Shown here piece after piece: positions 41,490-52,352 of a stretch of DNA of 64,000 nt. Under the pieces are notes generated by a model. That model was not told the DNA's origin. It saw only the letters and a program-made list of their open reading frames with translations, and did not search any database. This DNA comes from an uncultured Acidobacteriota bacterium (lineage in GTDB: Bacteria > Acidobacteriota > Vicinamibacteria > Vicinamibacterales > 2-12-FULL-66-21). Both the position numbers and the translations under genes were made by a program. The DNA is taken from contig CAVQAH010000024.1 of the NCBI GenBank assembly GCA_963710415.1, forward strand, positions 150,234-214,233, in the 5' to 3' direction. How positions within the stretch are numbered: the stretch's first letter is position 1; each line of letters opens with the position of its first letter.

Positions 41490-42026
41490 TTACCGGGCGG
41501 TCGGCAGCTTCAGCTCGCGCCCGTTCGAAGGGGCGCCCTTCTCGGGCATCTTCCCGGTGAACGTCTCCATGCCCTCGAAGATCACACGGTCGACGTTCGA
41601 GCCGAAATACCGAATCCCGGTCGACCCCGGGTTGGTGGGGTCGGCAGTCACCTGATAACCGGAAGCGGGCTTGTTGCCGGTGCACGCCTTCACGTCGGTC
41701 TCGACCTCGGTGCCGGCCATCTGCACGAAGTACCCATTCTTCCGCACTTGCTCGGCGTAGGTCAGGTCGGGACTCAGGAAAGCCGTGCCAGACCCGGGCA
41801 CCGGTGTTCCCAGCTCCACCAACGTCGGCGCGAAATTCTGCCGACCGCACGTCTGCATGTAAGCGAACTGTGCCTGGTTGATCGCCTCGAGCGCGGCAAT
41901 GGCGGATGCCTCGGCGCCCAATATCCGCGCGTTTCGATACGACGCGACCGAGATCGACAGCAGGACCGCGATGACCGCCATCACGATCAACAGCTCGACC
42001 AGCGTGAAACCGCGAATACCTCGCAC
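41490..42026 (-). CDS. Type IV pilin paralog 1
   Basis: ORF 41490..42026 (178 aa) with 'IRGFTLVELLIVMAVIAVLLSISVASYRNARILGAEASAIAALEAINQAQFAY'. Two Cys residues are present. Confidence 0.8.
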   Translation of the reverse strand: MRGIRGFTLVELLIVMAVIAVLLSISVASYRNARILGAEASAIAALEAINQAQFAYMQTCGRQNFAPTLVELGTPVPGSGTAFLSPDLTYAEQVRKNGYFVQMAGTEVETDVKACTGNKPASGYQVTADPTNPGSTGIRYFGSNVDRVIFEGMETFTGKMPEKGAPSNGRELKLPTAR

Positions 42027-42039
42027 GAATCCAGCTTAC

Positions 42040-42217
42040 ACGTGTTTACTGCGGACGTGTGCAGTGCCACGTGCTGCCGTGGTCCGTGGTCGCGTGCGTC
42101 CGTGTCTGCCGTGCGATCTGCAGCACGCGCGAACATAACCGTGACAGCAGTATCGATGCGAGACACGTAGCACGTGACGAAGCAGCACGGACTACGGAGG
42201 ACGTCCGCACGTGCACG
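42040..42217. repeat. ACGTGC-type heptamer array forming a long imperfect inverted repeat
   Basis: The arms are 'CTGCGGACGTGTGCAGTGCCACGTGCTGCCGTGGTCCGTGG...' and '...CACGGACTACGGAGGACGTCCGCACGTGCACG'. Same unit family as 61801-61967 and 63955-64000. Confidence 0.7.
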
Positions 42218-42764
42218 TTACTGCAGCACGGTCCCTCCGCCTGACGGATCCATCTCCCCCTCGGTTGGCGGAGATGCCGTCCGGCCTGAAGAACAGCACG
42301 TACTTGTTCGTCGTGGCGAACGCCCTGTGGCCGGACCGCCCAATCGACAGCGGAGCGGCGGTCAGGTAATAGCCCATGCGCGTCTGCGATCCGTGGCAGT
42401 CGAATGGCCCGAGCACGGCGCTGCCGGCGTCGAGCGTGATTGTGTAGCCGCTCTTCGTCGACGGGTCCACCGCGAGGTCGGGCGAGATGAATCCGACGGA
42501 TCCGCCGGGGCATGCGGTGGCGAGCACCGACAACTGCACCGCGTATCCTCCGGTCGTGGCCGACGCCGCAAACGCGGCTTCGGCGCTGTTCACCGCGCGC
42601 AGCGTTCCGATGGCGGAGGACTCGTTGCCCGCCATGCGTGCCCGCAGCAGCATCGGCAGCGCCATGGCCGAGACGATTCCGATGATCGCCACCGCTGCCA
42701 GAAGTTCTATCAGTGAAAATCCGCGCGCGCCGTTCGAACGCGCTCGCGCAGCACGCCCCGCCAT
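42192..42764 (-). CDS. Type IV pilin paralog 2 (3' end probably mis-framed; likely true stop near 42218)
   Basis: ORF 42192..42764 has 'ARGFSLIELLAAVAIIGIVSAMALPMLLRARMAGNESSAIGTLRAVNSAEAAF'. An alternative frame ends '...SGGGTVLQ*', parallel to '...ETGGTPLQ*' in the pilA alternative frame. Confidence 0.8.
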   Translation of the reverse strand: MAGRAARARSNGARGFSLIELLAAVAIIGIVSAMALPMLLRARMAGNESSAIGTLRAVNSAEAAFAASATTGGYAVQLSVLATACPGGSVGFISPDLAVDPSTKSGYTITLDAGSAVLGPFDCHGSQTRMGYYLTAAPLSIGRSGHRAFATTNKYVLFFRPDGISANRGGDGSVRRRDRAAVTCTCGRPP

Positions 42765-42857
42765 ACATTCCTCCGTTCAGGGCGGCCTTCGGTCGGGTCT
42801 CGTCCCCAGGCGAACCTTCCGCCTTGTCGAGGCCCCCGGCGTGAGCTGTCGAAGGCC

Positions 42858-42895
42858 AAAAAAAAAGGATGCCCGTGCAGCCGGGCATCCTTTTT
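42858..42895 (-). terminator. Strong intrinsic terminator after pilA
   Basis: The minus strand reads 'AAAAAGGATGCCCG-gctgca-CGGGCATCC-TTTTTTTTT'. It has a 9-bp perfect stem, a 6-nt loop and a 9-T tract. Confidence 0.85.
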
Positions 42896-42901
42896 CGGGT
42901 C

Positions 42902-43438
42902 TTACGAGGTGCTTACTGGAGCGGCGTGCCGCCGGTCTCCGGCAGGAGCGCCACCGGTCGCGTCCGCCACGAAGTAGAGCGTGCCGTGCGCTGCAGTCGA
43001 GAACCCGCGAACGCCCGTGTTGCCGACGCCCACCGGAACTGCCGTCGCGTAGTAACCCGTGCGGCTCACCGTCGTGCCGCTGCAATCCGTCGTCACGTCC
43101 GCAGGCGTTCCAACCGTGCTGTCCGCCAGCGCGATCGTGTAGCCGCTCTTGATGGACGGGTCGGCCGCGAGGTCAGGCGAAATGAACCCCTGCGACGAGC
43201 CCGGGCAGGGCGTTGACAGCACCGCCAGCAGAATCGCATATCCGCCGCCACCCGCCGACGCTGAATACGCCGCTTCCGCGCTGTTGACCGCGCGAAGCGA
43301 ACCGATAGCCGACGACTCGTTGCCCGACATGCGGGCGCGCAGCAGACCCGGAACGGCGATCGCCGCGATGATGCCGATGATCGCCACGACGATCAGCAGC
43401 TCAATAAGCGTGAAACCCTTCTGGTTACGAACCTTCAT
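42902..43438 (-). CDS. pilA: Major type IV pilin (own sigma54 promoter and terminator)
   Basis: ORF 42902..43438 (178 aa) with 'QKGFTLIELLIVVAIIGIIAAIAVPGLLRARMSGNESSAIGSLRAVNSAEAAY'. Two Cys residues are present. An alternative-frame C-terminus '...ETGGTPLQ*' would put the stop at about 42913. Confidence 0.85.
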   Translation of the reverse strand: MKVRNQKGFTLIELLIVVAIIGIIAAIAVPGLLRARMSGNESSAIGSLRAVNSAEAAYSASAGGGGYAILLAVLSTPCPGSSQGFISPDLAADPSIKSGYTIALADSTVGTPADVTTDCSGTTVSRTGYYATAVPVGVGNTGVRGFSTAAHGTLYFVADATGGAPAGDRRHAAPVSTS

Positions 43439-43529
43439 GACACTCTCCCTCGAAAAATTCAGTTGGCCGCTTGAGCGTTATGTCGGACTCGACTTGGCCT
43501 AAGCCCAGCGGCCGACGAGCTTCCGTTGA

Positions 43530-43544
43530 GCAACGGAAGTGCCA
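43530..43544 (-). promoter_or_regulatory. Sigma54 (-24/-12) promoter of pilA
   Basis: The minus strand reads 'TGGCACttccgTTGCt', a perfect consensus, about 95 nt upstream of the pilA ATG. pilR (a sigma54 activator) is adjacent. Confidence 0.8.
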
Positions 43545-43652
43545 CCCTCTTCCTTCAGACGGGTGTATCGGCTAAACGGCCTTATCTCAAGAGGTTATCT
43601 AGGATGGCGTCTTACGGGGCGGAGCATCCAGACCTGCCAATTTTCGGTCTCC

Positions 43653-43667
43653 TGACAAATTCTGTCA
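43653..43667. promoter_or_regulatory. Palindrome TGACA-N5-TGTCA (candidate enhancer/PilR site) upstream of pilA
   Basis: 'cTGACAaattcTGTCAa' lies about 115 nt upstream of the -24 element in a locally AT-richer region. A near-identical site occurs at 51257..51271. Confidence 0.5.
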
Positions 43668-43835
43668 ACCCGGAGCTGGCAGGAATTGTCGATACACCCC
43701 TATGCATATATTACCCGTAAGTTGTACTAGCGTAAGCCGTAGCCCGACGCTGTGGCCGTAACTCGTCAGCTCGGCTAGCTCGAATCCAGCCGCGACCTTG
43801 CCGATTCACCGCGACGCCCGACCTGAAGGTCGGGC

Positions 43836-45267
43836 TTACTTCAGATTGTATTTCTTCATGTAATACCGGAACGATCGGAAGCTCATGCCGAGCAGTTCGG
43901 CGGCCTTGACCTTGACACCGCCGGCGCGCCGTAGGGCTTCGGCGATGTACTCCCGCTCGATGTGCTGGACGTGCTGTTCGAGGTCGATCCCGCCTTCGGG
44001 GAAGCCGTCCCCTGGCTGGACGTTCACCGGGCAGTTGGATGCGGCGCTGTTTCGCGGACCTGCTCGGGCAGGCTGTCCGCGAGGATCGTCGGCGTGCGCT
44101 CGAGCGCCACCGCCCGTTCGATGGCGTTTTCGAGCTCGCGGATATTCCCCGGCCACGGGTAGGCCTTCAGGCAGGCCAGCGCGTCGCCCGAGATGCCGGT
44201 AATCCCCTTCCCCATCTGCTCGGCGAAGCGGGTCACGAAGTGCTCGGCCAGGAACGGGATGTCTTCGACCCGCTCGCGCAGGGCTGGCAAGACGAATGGG
44301 GATGACGTTGATCCGGTAGAAGAGGTCCTCGCGGAACTCGCCCGCGGCCACCATCTTCGACAAATCCCGGTTGGTGGCGGCAATGACCCGGATGTCCGCT
44401 TCGACCTCCTCGGTCCCGCCGAGCCGCCTGAAGCGCCGCTCCTGCAGCACACGCAGACAGCTTGACCTGGACGAGCGGGCTCATCTCGCCGATCTCGTCG
44501 AGGAAGATCGTGCCCTTGTCGGCGACTTCGATCAGTCCCTTCTTGTTGGTGTCCGCGCCCGTGAACGCGCCGCGCATATGTCCGAACAGTTCCGAGTCGA
44601 GCAGGGTCTCGGACAGTGCCCCGCAGTTGACCGCCACGAACGGCTTGTCTTTTCGGAGCGAGTGGAAGTGGATGGCCCGCGCGACGAGCTCCTTGCCGGT
44701 GCCCGACTCGCCGGTGATCAGCACCGTGCTGCTGGTCGGCGCAATCGTCTCGATCAGCTGGAAGACCGCGAGCATCGGCTCGCTGCGCCCGATGATGTTC
44801 GAGAACTGGTGCGCGGTCTGCAGCGCGCGCTTCAGGAGCACGTTCTCCCGCTGCAGGTGGCGGCGCTCCATTTCCTTTCGCACCCGCAGCCGGACTTCGT
44901 TGGCGGCGCCAGGCGACTTGTGCACGTAATCGGCCGCGCCGAGGCGCAGCGCTTCGACCGCGGTGTCCGTCGACGCGAACGCCGTCATCACGATGCTGAT
45001 GATCTCCGGGTCGATCTTCTTGGCCTCCCTGAGGACGTCCACGCCGCTCATCTGCGGCATCCGGATATCGGTGATCAGGATGTCGACGCGTTCGCGCTTG
45101 AGCAGGTCGATCGCGACCGCCCCATTCTCGGCAAGCAGCACTTCATAGCCATCGCGGCGCAGCACGATCGTCAGCAGCTCCCGCATCGACCGCTCGTCGT
45201 CGACGACGAGCACGCGGGGAGGAGTCTCCGACGCCGAACGATTCGGTGTTCGCACCTCGGTGGCCAT
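43836..45267 (-). CDS. pilR: Sigma54-dependent response regulator PilR, three frame breaks
   Basis: ORF 44233..45267 carries REC plus '[53 protein letters not shown]'. It continues in ORFs 43836..44450 and 44024..44452 ('[14 protein letters not shown]'). The C-terminal HTH is '[25 protein letters not shown]'. Breaks are near 44455, 44290 and 44030. Confidence 0.85.
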
Positions 45268-45270
45268 AGA

Positions 45271-46949
45271 TCAGTTCGTCAGCGCCGCGTGGGATTCGGC
45301 CGGTTGCGAGGCGAGCGGAAGCTTCACGGTCACGCTCGTGCCCTGATTCGGTTGCGACGTGACCTGAAGCTCGCCGCCGTAGTCGCTGACAATCCGGTGG
45401 ACGATCGAAAGTCCGAGCCCGGTTCCGCGTGAGAACCCGCCGCGAAATGGCTGCAGGATGCCCTCGAGCTGATCGGACGGGATGCCGACGCCCTCGTCGC
45501 GCGACCACGATCATCGCCTCGCCGGGCGCGTCCCCGTCGCGGTCTACTGCCGTGACGGCCAGTGTGAGCCGGCCGCCGCCGGGCATCGCGCGAAGCCCGT
45601 TGGTCGCGAGGTTCCACACAATCTGCCTCATTTGCCCTTCGTCGGCCGTGCACCAGACCGGCTCGTCGGGCACCTCCAGCTTCATGTCGTGCGTCTCGTG
45701 CAGCTCGGGGCTGTTCTGCAGCAGCGTTGCCGTGTCCGTCACCGCCTTGCGCAGGTCGAGCCTCGCGGCAGACTGACGCTGCGGCCGCGCATAGGCCAGG
45801 AAGCTCTTGATCGTCTCGTTCAGCCGCTCGGACTCGCGCATGACGATGTCCATCAGCTGTGCCTGTTCGTCGGTCAGCGGCAGTTCCTGGCGCAGGATCT
45901 GAATCGAACCGGACATCGACGCCAGCGGGTTTCGAATCTCGTGTGCGATCCCGGCCGCCATCTCGCCCACCGCGGCGAGGCGCTGCTGAATCCGTGCCTC
46001 GCGCTCGTGTTTCCGCGCGTCGGTGACGTCCTGGAACGTGATCACGAACCCGCTCTCGCCGCGGGGCGTGATCAGAATCGCGGTGCTGATGCCGAGCTCG
46101 ATCTGCCGGCCGTCCGCCTGCCGGTAGTCGGTACTCGACGCGAGGTAACGGCGGCCGCTGCTCCCTCGGCCCGAACAAGGCCGAACACCCGGGCGGCAGC
46201 TGGAGAATTTCGAACGCGCCGCGGCCGACGGCGTAGCGCGCCGGAATGCCGGTGATCGTCTCAGCGGCACGGTTGAACGTGAGCACGCGGCCGGCGAGAT
46301 CGGTGGTCAACAGCCCGCTCGCGAGACTGTTGATGGCGTATTCGCTGAACGCTTGCAGGTCGGCAATCTGGTTGGACGCCTCCTCGAGCTCCTGCCCGGC
46401 GCGGCGCAGACCTTCGGCCAGGTATCCGCTCAGGGAAGCGACGGCAATGAAGCCGAAGACGTTCAAGCCGACCGTATAGAGCGCCACGCGCTCGGGCGGC
46501 AGGATCTCGGCGCCGGTGACGACCGACATCGGCGGCGGTCCCGCGTATTGCGCCCATACGAGCCCGCTGTAGATCAGCGAGCTCAACACGCCGATCATCA
46601 GCCCGCCGCGCAGCGACTGGATAGTACTCGCGGCGATGATCGGCAGCATGTACAGCGTCGAGAAGGAGCTCACGACACCGCCGGTCATGTGCACGACGGC
46701 CGACACGATCAGGACGTCGCAGGCGAGCTGGACGTCGACGATCCAGCGATGCTGTTCGGCCTGCTTCAGCAGCAGCGAATACACCGCCGTCAGCGTGTAG
46801 GTCAGGCCGATGAGGAAAAAGAACGGATCGACCGGCAGCGCGCCCGGCGAATGGATTTGGATCACAATCGCCGAGCCGAGCAGGACCGTTACGGCTGCCG
46901 CGCGGCAGCCAATCAGCCAGAGAAGTCTTCGACGAAGCTCGACCGCCAC
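45271..46949 (-). CDS. pilS: Sensor histidine kinase PilS (multi-TM + PAS + HisKA + HATPase), two frame breaks
   Basis: ORF 45330..46949 carries the TM region and the start of the PAS domain. ORF 45143..46270 has the H-box 'AAGIAHEIRNPLASMSGSIQIL'. The last ~75 codons ('RDEGVGIPSDQLEGILQPFRGGFSRGTGLGLSIVHRIV...ALTN*') are in a third frame, with the stop at about 45271. Breaks are near 46150 and 45500. Confidence 0.85.
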
Positions 46950-46950
46950 G

Positions 46951-48165
46951 TCACCCTGTCAACTTGTTGATCAGGTCGAAGATCGGCATATACATCGCGA
47001 TGACGATGCCGCCGACCACAACTCCCAGGAACGCGATCATGATCGGCTCGAGCAGCGTCAGCATGCCGGCCACGGCGGAGTCCACTTCCTCTTCATAGAA
47101 ATCGGCAATCTTCGACAGCATCGCGTCGAGCGCGCCGGTCGTTTCGCCGACGTTGATCATTTGGACGACCATCGACGGAAAGACGTTGGTTTCTTTGAGG
47201 GGACCCGAAATGGTCTCGCCGCGCTCGATGCCGGAGCGAGTCAGCAGTATGGCATCCTCGATGATGGCGTTGCCGGACGTCCGGGCCGTGATGTCCAGCC
47301 CGTCCAGGATGGGAACGCCCGAGGCCAGCAGGGTCGACAACGTGCGGCAGAATCGGGCCACAGAGACCTTGCGGATGATGTTGCCGAGGACAGGGGTCTT
47401 GAGCATGATCCGGTCGATCATGTGCCGCCCGCCATCGGTCGCGTAGTAGCGGTTCACCATGTAACCGGCGGCGCCGACGATGATGAGCATCAGCCAGCCC
47501 CAGGCGACGACGATGTCGCTGGCGGCCATGACGATGCGGGTGGGGAGCGGCAGCTGGGCACCAAGACCTTGGAACAGGGAGGCGAAGGTCGGGATGACCT
47601 TCCACAGGATGGCGCCGACGACCAGCGTCGCAATGACGATGACGGCGACCGGGTAGATCATCGCCGACTTCACGTCACCCTTCAGCTTGACGTTCTTCTC
47701 GATGTAGGTCGCCAGCCGCTTCAGGATCGTGTCCAGGATACCGCCGGCCTCACCTGCCGCGATCATGTTCGAGTAGAGCGCGTCGAACGTCTTCGGATGG
47801 CGCTTCATGCTGTCGGCGAGTGCCGCGCCCGCCTCGACGTCTTCCCGGACCTTGAGGATGACCGCCGAGAAATGCTTGTTCGGCTCCTGCTTGCCGAGGA
47901 TGTCCAGACACTGGACGAGCGGCAGGCCGGCGTCGATCATGACCGAGAACTGTCGCGTGAAGATCGCCAGGTTCTTGGCAGGGACGGATTTGCCCTTGGG
48001 CGGTTTGGCCTTTGCCTCCGCCCTGGCTTTCGACGGATCGATCTTCGTGACGACGATCTGCTCGCGCCTGAGCAGTGCCATCGCGCCGTCCATCGTGTCC
48101 GCGACACGCTCGCCGGTGACCGATTGCCCCGTCCGTGTCCGCCCCGAGAAGGCAAAAGTAGGCAT
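46951..48165 (-). CDS. pilC: Type IV pilus platform protein PilC
   Basis: ORF 46951..48165 (404 aa), intact. Contains 'LAIFTRQFSVMIDAGLPLVQCLDIL' and a repeated GspF domain. Confidence 0.9.
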   Translation of the reverse strand: MPTFAFSGRTRTGQSVTGERVADTMDGAMALLRREQIVVTKIDPSKARAEAKAKPPKGKSVPAKNLAIFTRQFSVMIDAGLPLVQCLDILGKQEPNKHFSAVILKVREDVEAGAALADSMKRHPKTFDALYSNMIAAGEAGGILDTILKRLATYIEKNVKLKGDVKSAMIYPVAVIVIATLVVGAILWKVIPTFASLFQGLGAQLPLPTRIVMAASDIVVAWGWLMLIIVGAAGYMVNRYYATDGGRHMIDRIMLKTPVLGNIIRKVSVARFCRTLSTLLASGVPILDGLDITARTSGNAIIEDAILLTRSGIERGETISGPLKETNVFPSMVVQMINVGETTGALDAMLSKIADFYEEEVDSAVAGMLTLLEPIMIAFLGVVVGGIVIAMYMPIFDLINKLTG

Positions 48166-48196
48166 AAGTAGACTCTCGCTTTAGCAGCGCAGACGC

Positions 48197-49315
48197 CTAA
48201 CGGCGCGGCTGCGCTCCGACCCGATTCATCCCTGCTCCGGCAACCACTCCCGTGCCCCGTTCGATCATCTGCTGGAGTTCGTCTTTGATCGACGACGCCC
48301 CGAGCGCGGCATCCAGCGTGATGAACCGCCGTTGATACAGCGTCGCCAGATTCTGGTTCATCGTCTGCATCCCCAGCTTTTCCTGCCCCGCCTGCATCGT
48401 CGAATAGATCTGATGGACTTTGTCGTCGCGAATCAGGTTACGGATGGCGGCAGTGGGGATCATGATCTCGAGCGCGACGACACGCCCCTGTCCATCGGCC
48501 CTCGGCAGCAGCGTCTGACACACGATGCCTTCGAGCACCAGCGACAGCTGCGTTCTGATCTGGCCCTGCTGGTGTGAGGGGAAGACGTCGATGATTCGGT
48601 TGATCGTCTGCGCCGCGGAGTTGGTGTGCAGCGTCGCGAACGTGAGGTGCCCCGTTTCGGCGATGCGCAGCGCGTTCTCGATCGTCTCGAGATCGCGCAA
48701 CTCGCCGATGAGGACGATGTCCGGGTCCTCGCGCAGCGCCGAGCGCAGCGCGGACGCAAACCCGTGGGTGTCGGCGTGTACTTCTCTCTGGTTGACGATG
48801 CACCCCTTGTGCGGGTGGATGTACTCGATCGGATCCTCGATGGTGAGGATGTGCTCGCGGCGCTCCGTATTGATCTTGTCGATCATGGCGGCGAGCGTCG
48901 TCGACTTGCCGCTGCCGGTCGGGCCGGTGATCAGCACCAGGCCGCGCGGTCGATCGGCCAGCGAGCCGATGACTTCGGGAAGACCGAGCTCGTGAAAGCT
49001 CTTGATCTGTTCTGGAATGACTCGATAGACGGCCGCCACCGCCCCGCGCTGGTTGAAGACGTTGCAGCGGAAGCGGGCGATGCCCCGGATGCCGAAGGAA
49101 AAGTCCAGTTCGAGCGTCTCCTCGAAACGCTTCTTCTGGGCATCGGTGAGGACGCTGTAGGCCAGCGTCTTCGTCTCGGCTGGACCGAGTGGCGGCAGGT
49201 CGAGCAACTGCAGCTTACCGTGCAGCCGGATCTGGGGCGGCGTCTGCGTCGTCAGGTGCAGGTCGGAGCCGCCGAATTCGACCAGTGTTTTCAGGAGTTC
49301 GGGTAGCGTTGCCAT
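48197..49315 (-). CDS. pilT: Type IV pilus retraction ATPase PilT
   Basis: ORF 48197..49363, from the Met at 49315. Contains 'GLVLITGPTGSGKSTTLAAMID', 'ILTIEDPIEY', 'DPDIVLIGELRDLETI' and 'AETGHLTFATLHTNSA'. Confidence 0.9.
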   Translation of the reverse strand: MATLPELLKTLVEFGGSDLHLTTQTPPQIRLHGKLQLLDLPPLGPAETKTLAYSVLTDAQKKRFEETLELDFSFGIRGIARFRCNVFNQRGAVAAVYRVIPEQIKSFHELGLPEVIGSLADRPRGLVLITGPTGSGKSTTLAAMIDKINTERREHILTIEDPIEYIHPHKGCIVNQREVHADTHGFASALRSALREDPDIVLIGELRDLETIENALRIAETGHLTFATLHTNSAAQTINRIIDVFPSHQQGQIRTQLSLVLEGIVCQTLLPRADGQGRVVALEIMIPTAAIRNLIRDDKVHQIYSTMQAGQEKLGMQTMNQNLATLYQRRFITLDAALGASSIKDELQQMIERGTGVVAGAGMNRVGAQPRR

Positions 49316-49319
49316 AGCG

Positions 49320-51128
<1,809 letters not shown>

Positions 51129-51256
51129 CGTTGTCTCTTGATGCGAATGTGCGCGGCGCAGACGCCGACGCCGTTCCATCTGAACGCACGTCGACGTACG
51201 TGTTCCGACGGCGAGGGGCGTCTTGCTGCTTGGGGAGGTCAATAGTTTGGGGGTGC

Positions 51257-51271
51257 TGACAAATATTGTCA
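51257..51271. promoter_or_regulatory. Palindrome TGACA-N5-TGTCA upstream of pilB
   Basis: 'cTGACAaatatTGTCAa' lies about 130 nt upstream of the pilB ATG. Same motif and flanks as 43653..43667. Confidence 0.45.
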
Positions 51272-51368
51272 AGGGCTGAGCTAATGGAATCGGGAGGGGT
51301 GATGGATTGATTGCAGAATCGTAAAGAACCATGTCGGGTGGAAGTTGGCAGTTGGGATTTGACAAGGA

Positions 51369-52352
51369 TCAGAAGATGACCCGCGCCCCGATCCCCCACC
51401 CTCGATCGCCAGCTTCCGAGCCCAGCGTGGCCTGCCCGTCGACGAGCAAGGAACCGAACACCGCAAAGCTGCCGCCCACGCTGATGACCGGTCGCGCGCC
51501 TGCGGACTGGTCGCTCACGGTGTTGAAGCGAAACCCTGATCGGACATACGCGCGAGGAAAGATTCGGGCTTCGGCGCCGACGGCGATGTTTCGTTCGTCG
51601 CCGACGGTCCCAGGCACGCGATCGAGATCGAAGTCCGCCGCCGCCACAAGGACACCTTGCGCCAGCGTCACGGCGACTCCCGCTCGAAACTGCCGCTTCA
51701 ATTCGATGTTCCCGCCCGGCCCCTCGAACTCGTTTTCGACGACGTTGCGCACCGTGAGCCCAGCGCGAAGGTGGCCGCTCGTGGCGATCACGCCGATGTC
51801 CGCATCGAACTTGTTCGAGGCGGACCCAATCAGGTCGTTGGCCTCGTCCAGCAGATCGTCACGATCGCCGGCCGGAGCGAGACCGGTCGCGGCGATGCCG
51901 CGCACGAGTTTGAGTGTCGCGCCGACCGCGATGTGATCGGTCAGCGACTGGACCAGTGTCCCCCCGGTGTGGTGGGTAATGAGCGTCTGAAGCTGGACGA
52001 CGTCGTCGTTGCCGGGCACTTCGCTCAGCGTGGTCATTCGCAGCCGGTAGTACGAGGCGCCAAGAGCCGGCAGCGCAAAGGCGATCGCGGACCCCGACCG
52101 CGATCCGGCCCGAACGGGGTCATCCGGCTCCGCCTTCGCGGTGCTGTAATCGAGCAACAGGCTGAAATAGGCCCCCATTGCAAGCCCAGCAGGGTTCCAG
52201 TATGTTGCCGAGGCGTCGTCGGCGACGGCCACGAACGCGCCCCCCATGCCCTGGGCTCGGGTACCGAGGACCTCGAAGTTCTGAGCAGTCACGGGACTCG
52301 GAAGCGCCAAAACCGACGCTAGTAGAACCCCGACCCACGCCATCCGTCTCAT
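51369..52352 (-). CDS. Outer-membrane beta-barrel protein (PorV/FadL-like N-terminal motif), function unknown
   Basis: ORF 51369..52385 has a signal peptide 'VGVLLASVLALPSPVTAQ'. 'GTRAQGMGGAFVAVADDASATYWNPAGLA' follows. The pattern of alternating strands ends in 'GIGARVIF'. Confidence 0.6.
   Translation of the reverse strand: MRRMAWVGVLLASVLALPSPVTAQNFEVLGTRAQGMGGAFVAVADDASATYWNPAGLAMGAYFSLLLDYSTAKAEPDDPVRAGSRSGSAIAFALPALGASYYRLRMTTLSEVPGNDDVVQLQTLITHHTGGTLVQSLTDHIAVGATLKLVRGIAATGLAPAGDRDDLLDEANDLIGSASNKFDADIGVIATSGHLRAGLTVRNVVENEFEGPGGNIELKRQFRAGVAVTLAQGVLVAAADFDLDRVPGTVGDERNIAVGAEARIFPRAYVRSGFRFNTVSDQSAGARPVISVGGSFAVFGSLLVDGQATLGSEAGDRGWGIGARVIF

Noticed and set aside
43526-43720. ORF 43526..43720(+) (64 aa) in the pilA upstream region.
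   Set aside because: It overlaps the sigma54 promoter and palindromes on the opposite strand, lies in a regulatory AT-richer patch, and has no SD sequence or family resemblance.
43760-43810. tRNA-like 'TCGAATCC' motif ('CGGCTAGCTCGAATCCAGCCG') downstream of pilR.
   Set aside because: The stem would enclose an 11-nt loop rather than a 7-nt T-loop, and no matching acceptor, D or anticodon arms could be drawn from the flanking sequence. No tRNA is called.
51164-51178. Possible sigma54 promoter for pilB ('TGGAACggcgtCGGC' on the minus strand).
   Set aside because: Only the GG/GC dinucleotides and the spacing match. The rest departs from consensus, so it is too weak to call as a feature. It is mentioned only in connection with the upstream palindrome.
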